Shown: piece after piece, positions 57,860-64,000 of the stretch
How positions within the stretch are numbered: position 1 is the first letter of the stretch
Layout of the letters: each line of letters starts with the position of its first letter
Source: Paraspadella gotoi
Lineage: Eukaryota > Animalia > Chaetognatha
Direction: 5' to 3'
NCBI GenBank assembly: GCA_051294375.1
Contig: CM119265.1
Span: 21,576,278 to 21,640,277, forward strand
Length of the DNA stretch: 64,000 nucleotides
Made by a program: the position numbers and the translations under genes
Notes under the pieces: generated by a model
The model's input: only the letters and a program-made list of their open reading frames with translations
Told to the model about the DNA's origin: nothing
The model's database searches: none

Positions 57860-60800
57860 TTAATCCGTGAGTTGACAGAGTAAGGCTGCTCCCATAGCGA
57901 TCCAGTAATCGGGATCGCGGTGACAGGGTATCGTGATGCCGACCACGAAGTTCGTCGAATGACCTGTGAAAGAAGGTAGTAATTACTAATCAAAGTAGTC
58001 GGCATTGACAAATGAGACGGGGGAAGGGGGGGAAAGAGAGGGAGCGAGAGAAATAGAAGTAGGCAAAGAGAGCGTGAGTCAGATTGTCTCCCAATTATAT
58101 TAGATTAGAAGAGAATAGAATTAGATTAGAAGAGCAAGCGAAAAAGAGTGAGAACAAAAAGGTTCGAGTTGACTCGAAGGGCGACTCTGTTATCGACCTC
58201 CGAAATCTCATTTCTTGAAAGGACAAAGGTCGATTCTCAGACACGAAAAGAGAGTTTTCTCATTGCGTCCGCAGATTGACAATTCATGAGGTGGAGGTAT
58301 TTCAAATGAAAGAAAAAATAAAAACGACTGGACTCTTTGGAACAGATGCGCTGAGTTAAGAAACGGCAAATCTCGTGGCGTCACAGATTCTATCTCGTCT
58401 GTTTTAAAGTTCAAATCAAAGGAAGATGGAGCATTCGGTCCTCGGATGAATTTATTCGAGGGCATAACAAAAGAACAGTTGCACAAATCTAGATCGGTCT
58501 CGTACCCGTGGTCGAAAGCGTTCCGGCTCTCGATCCCTCTTTGTAGAGAGGCGCCGTGTAGTCCTTGGGATTCGGCACGCAGTTTCGCTCGGGCAGCATA
58601 TGGACGACGGGCAGCCGAGAGTTCATCTCACCGGATCTAGCATCTGTGACTTTGCCGGCTTGCAAGTCCCAGCTCATGGCGTCCATGAAAATACCATGAA
58701 TTAGTGCACCGTCTTCCTTTTTTGGCAGCTGAAAATAAAAGAAATAAAGGTCAACCAGAGAAGAAAATAGAAGAGAGGATAGGAGGAGAAAAGCGTAAAA
58801 AAGAAAAGACAAAGAAAAATAAAACCAATTAAGCCAGCTATCCAACCCACCACTTTGTCTTGCGGAAGAATTTCGCCAAACTTGAGTTGGGCTTTGTCTG
58901 CTATGACTTCGGCCTGGTCGCGGAAGACGTCGACGACGGCAAAGTGAAAGTTGAGCTCGTCGATGGGGAGGTCGTACTTGCGGGCGTGGTTCTGGAGCAC
59001 GCCCGTCAAAAAGCCTGAGGTGGGGTTGGGTCAGGGAGGGTAGGACCGGCAGGTATGTGCGACTGAACCATGATACTATTATTTGACACGGTAATATGGA
59101 TTGACCCGACGATACCTTGCGGGAAGAAGAACCCGCTGATCCAGAAGGACCTCGGCGGACCGTGAAGGATCCAGTCGCGGGTGAACTCGCAACGAATCCA
59201 CAGGTCACTGATCCAAGGACCCAAAGGCTTAAGCGAGGGGTACGCCGCCTTTCCCCACTGACCGGGCACCTTGATGGGGACGGAGGGATGTTAGTTTCTA
59301 GAAATTATCTTGGTCTTTATTTTTTACCTGTCCATTAAGGAATGCGTTGTAAATAGCTTCCAAATCTTCCGACATTACAATGAATCCTTTGATAGCTTTC
59401 TGCAGATTTCTCAATGAACGCTGGTAACGAGAAAACAAAATTTTCAGTAAAGAATCAGCAGCCGCGACAAAGAAAAAAAAGCGACCCCACCTTAATCAGG
59501 GTCAAGAGTTTGTTATATCGTTCTACTTCTTGGGTCAACACCGTCGTGAGAGAGTTGAGCCTCCCCTTTTGGTCGAGAGCGAATGTGTCCGCTGGCGCCT
59601 GATCTATATCCAGATTATCTGCGAGAGGAAATATTATTTTCAGTGTGAGAGTTGGGAAGAAAGGATCGAAATAATATCTCGCGATAAATCCCTGAATTAG
59701 ACCGACTAACCCAACAACTTGGCTAAAATGGAGTCTGCCAGCTCGTAGACGATGTCGTCGTTGGATTTTCCTCCGCCGGAAGTCGCTACTCGCGGCTGAA
59801 CGTCTAAGATAGTGGTGATCAACGACTGCGTCTCTTGCATCTGCGACGGGACGGAGGACGATTGAGTTACGTAAAATAGAAAATGTAGAAAATAACAAAA
59901 CACAACAAACCTGAAACGCGATATTGGCGTTTTCGTGCATGCCAAAGATTTCTGGGTCGTCCAACAGAGGCAATTGCTCGATGTATTCTCTGTATTGATT
60001 GAGGCTGTTACTTTCTGGCGCGTAGTAAATTCCAGATTCTACGGAAGACAAAGAGCCATTAAAAGGTATTTGACCAGGGCAACAGGTGCGTAACAGGACG
60101 ATAAAATTTACATTTATTTACTCGCCTGAATATTTATAACCGGGTTCCAACGACGCGGGCGAGAAAAACCGCTTGAGGATTGTGCGGAGGCAGCGCTGAT
60201 CCCAACTGTCCGTCACGCGGCCTCCGTAGTTGATCTCCCCGGTGATGTAGACGAGCGCGTCCTGGAGGTCCAAGTGCGAATGACTTCGTTGGTTCGATAG
60301 CTCGATAACCTACCCAACTGTCACTTACCCAAGGAATGACACCTTCGGCGCAAAAGATTTTGAGATTATCCAAGGCGCACTCGCGATCGCTGTCGTTGAA
60401 TTCGTACTGCAGTTAAAAAAATCGCGGATTGCATTTGTGAAAATTTAAATTAGGTTGAACTTGTCTATACGAACTGAGCTCACCTTTGTATTCCAGCCCA
60501 ACGGCCCAAATTTCTTTCTTTCTTGAATGATGGCTTGGAAAAAACAGATGCCAAAAACGATTTTTCGCCATTTGATGCCCAATACTGAAATAAAAATAAT
60601 AATCCATTATCTAATTTATATCATTTTAAAGAAGGAACACTTTCACAACTTCTTACGAAATTTGAAAAAAAGCGGGGTAGGTGCTGACGCTTTGGTCAGA
60701 TCGTGATGAATACTTTTGATAATAATAAAAACAAGCTTTGAGAAAAAAAAATTGAAGTGGCTTGAAGTCTTGGTAGGCGTGTCAGGTAATTTCATTATTG

Positions 60801-63776
60801 AGGAAAATGAACTCAGGAACGCGTGAGCTTGATGTAGTTTTACAATTATATTTAAAAAAATATAGAAGAATATTTAATTATATCGAAGATCAGAAATTGA
60901 TATTCGAATTCTTTTTTTTTTAACATAAGAATGCCACAAAGTACAAGACAATGTTTCACGCTTCGAAGCAGACAGACAAAAGGGAAAAAAAATTATCGAA
61001 GCTATCTTGTTGTATCAATCCTACCCGCAGCTGCACAATGATAAAGAAAAAAATATAAATTCACTTGAAATTTTCTTTGCACACTTTTCCGACAATATTC
61101 CATTTTACTAATATTTTTGGAAATCTATTTTAAGGTCAACTCAACGTTATTTTCGCAGTTAGTCTTAAAGCAGGTTAGCTTAATTTAGTAGAACATTGTT
61201 AAGAGAAAACCTGAAAATTAAGTTAAGAAATGCTTTTAGGGTGCAAGCATCTGTCAACCGATATTACTTACATTTAGCATTGTCTAAAATGCATAAAATT
61301 CATTAAAATTCATTCGAATATTTATTATTGTCATGCAAGAGATAAAGATTTTTGGCAATTTTGAGAGTTTTAAAAAAAGGCTCTAATGCTTACTGTGCTC
61401 TTCGAAGAATGATTGTGAAAGTTCGGTGAATGCTCTTCTTGTATTAGCTCGTAAACCTTTGGGTGGTTCATTAGTAACCTGATACAAATAGGAATAAATT
61501 AACGAATAATTTCATTCACTTGGTAATTCACTACGTCTACGTAGGTAAATAATGAAAGAAAGATGACATACTTTGACGGAATTTTGTAAAACGGAAACTG
61601 GAAAAGAACGCGCTGGCATCGAGGATAGAAACAGTCGAAAGTTATCATGGATTCCTAGAACGAAAGCAAATCGACCATTGAAGAATAAATTTGCAAAGCG
61701 TTAAATGAAGTAACCGGGAGCTCAACCTTCTGGATTCTCTTGCATTCCTTTAATTAGCGTTTCCATGGGCAACATCCAAGACGCCGCCAAATGGCAGTTT
61801 TGAAGGAAAACCCAATCGCCTCTCTCCCTCGCCGATTCCAGCATCTTCTCGGCGACGGGCCCTTGACCTTGGCCCAGGGAGATGGCCTGGATCTTCTCGG
61901 AAACGCCTGTCGATCAGAAGTGATGGATGGCTTGATTAAGCGGAAGAAATTCGTATCGGTGGCCGGTTTTGATTCACCTTTCTCCTTGGCGAAGCGCAGA
62001 AAGGCGCCCATGGGATCGGAGCCAGTACTGAGGACGAACACCAGCGGCGTAGTGATGGTCATGTCCTCGTACAGGCTGTGTAGATCCACCGGCGGACTCT
62101 CCACGAACTGCTTCCCCAAGTTGACGGTCACGAAGTCCGTCACCGCGGCCACAACCTTCTCCTCTCGGAAGGCTTTGATGAGACACAGTTTTTGAAAGGA
62201 CGTTAAACGCAGGTCCCAATGACCCACCACTGCGAAGGAGGAAAGGGGTTTGAGGGGATAGAAAAAGGTTAGGGTCTTTCATATATAACGGATCGATAAG
62301 GCCACACTTTCGTCACCGACCAGGATAGTCTCTCTCCACTTCTGGTTCTTTCTTCTTTTTCTTATCGTCTTTGCCCTTGGTGGCGACGTGAGCGGCCTGC
62401 TCTTCCTCTTCTTCCTCTTTAGACGGAGGGACGGGAACGTAGGGCGGGGGCTCGGGACCGTAGCCGTCCCATTCGGGTGGATTTAAGCAAACCTAAGATT
62501 TCAAAGAGTAAAGGCGAATTATAATAATGACGAAAAGATGCTTCAGGGTTAAAGAGATCCGCAAGAGTAAGGATCGATGTGGTGTTCCTGTTCAAGATGC
62601 GAACAGTATTCAACATGCATTATATGCCATTAAAATATAAGCATTCGACATGCTAGCGGTTATGAGACAAAAACTCCATTTTTGTCAAATGATGTTCCGA
62701 TAACCATTCGTGAAAAATGAAGCGTCGAGATTATAATAGATGCAAGAGAGCGCGTGCTTAGGAAATCATTACCGAATTCTAACCACCGAAAAGCAGGTCG
62801 AAAAATCAAAGAAAAAGACGAAGGTGTGATTTGAATCAAATGCTTACAACGTGCGGCAAACTTAGATCTCTCTCGTCTTCCCAAATTTGAAATCAATTTC
62901 CCCTCACCCCCTGCAAAATTCCCGACCTGCGTGTTTCCCAGCGTCAACCAAATGGGAACGGAGTAATACTCCTTCCGGAAATTCTTGAAAGCCTTGCCCA
63001 ACGTGGACATGATGTCACAAGCCAGGCGCCAGAACCGGTCGGAGAGCCAACGGGCGTCGGGCTTGGGGGGATATTCCTTGTCCATGGAACTGCAACCGCG
63101 GAGGAAGAAGTTCCACTCGATGTCGGAGATTTTGCCTTCGCCCCTCATGATTTGCGCGCAGAGCATGAAGGAGAACACGATCTTGTCGCGTTCGAACAAT
63201 CCTCTACGGAGTCGGTGGGAGTGGGGGGGGGAGAGGCGAAGAGAAAAAAAAAGAAGGAAACATTAAATTGGGGGGCGGGAGGGATTTTTTCAACACGGTG
63301 GGATTGACTCCGAAACAGTGATTACCGAAAATAACTTGCGATGGCGGCGAATTCTCAGGAAGCCGTCTATAAACATCCCATCCCCGAAAGAAGTAATAAG
63401 AATCTTGTCAATACTGTTTAAAAGGGTATGTGGAGATGGAAGACTATAAACGGCATTGATTGATCAGAAATTCTCATGGCATCCTTGAAATCCAATAAAT
63501 ATATAATAAATAATAAATATATAATATGAAAAGCGAGTATATTTTTTGCGTACCATGCATATTTCAGTGAACGCATTGTCGAAATGCCACCAGTAGTTCG
63601 CATTTAAGAGCGAATGTGCAGAAAAAACAAAGAACCAAAAAATTACCTGGCGACATTCTTGTACACTGTTATGGTAATGGCGTCGATTAAGATTCTTAAC
63701 CTCCTGAACAGATCATCCGCCTTCGGGGCATTTTCGATACATTGACAAAACAACTGTGACGAGAAGTTTCGTGGCG
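57860..63776 (-). CDS. DNAH6: Axonemal inner-arm dynein heavy chain 6, 3' portion (AAA6 and C-terminal domain); continues beyond the window end
   Basis: [115 protein letters not shown] and C-terminus [16 protein letters not shown], all matching the DNAH6 subfamily as recalled. Confidence 0.92.
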
Positions 63777-64000
63777 ACAGTTGTGAATTTTTTTCGGGGG
63801 TGTATCGGAGGTGTGATGGGGTAGAAAATGACGCGTGCGGGTCAAAGACGGTGCCATGGAACGAAGGGGCGGGAGTGAAGAACAAAAAGCGGAAACGATT
63901 AACACAAAACATTTTCCGTTACGAATTCTGGGCTTTTTCCCAAAGTTTCTGTTAAAACACGAAAAAAAAACATGCATCTTCCGTCTTTTTGATTCTGCGG

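Larger units (their letters stand above)
40053..59803. repeat. Large inverted duplication: 40053-49890 mirrored by 50141-59803 around a 25-N gap (50116-50140)
   Basis: Dynein 3' end, calexcitin, ENaC 3' exons, tRNA-Met and all introns/spacers occur in reverse complement; differences are dominated by short indels. Confidence 0.97.

Noticed and set aside
1-64000. Prokaryotic systems (CRISPR arrays, operons, defence islands)
   Set aside because: Sequence is spliceosomal-intron-rich eukaryotic DNA; no such features seen.

Overview
AT-rich, intron-dense animal (invertebrate-like) genomic DNA; species cannot be told from the sequence. Left to right: 3' end of an acidic low-complexity gene (1-1034, +); a strongly diverged ribosomal protein uS5/RPS2 paralog with a long novel C-terminal extension (1195-3876, +); a repeat-rich interval (TIR elements, SINE, hairpin/CCGT elements); a protogenin-like Ig/FN3 receptor (~11902-25987, +); an orphan 7TM receptor with a Thr-rich mucin stalk (28913-31680, -); a DEG/ENaC channel (32475-53943, +) whose one 15-kb intron holds a cluster of 8 tRNA isotypes; a calexcitin-like EF-hand gene (54420-56508, -); and the 3' part of axonemal dynein DNAH6 (57860-end, -). 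Two inverted duplications (about 1.6 kb and 9.7 kb arms), each centred on a 25-N gap and full of arm-specific indels, are most likely assembly artefacts and account for the second copies of dynein, calexcitin, ENaC and several tRNAs. All exon models and family calls were made by eye, by phase-consistent splicing and recalled family motifs, without database searches.
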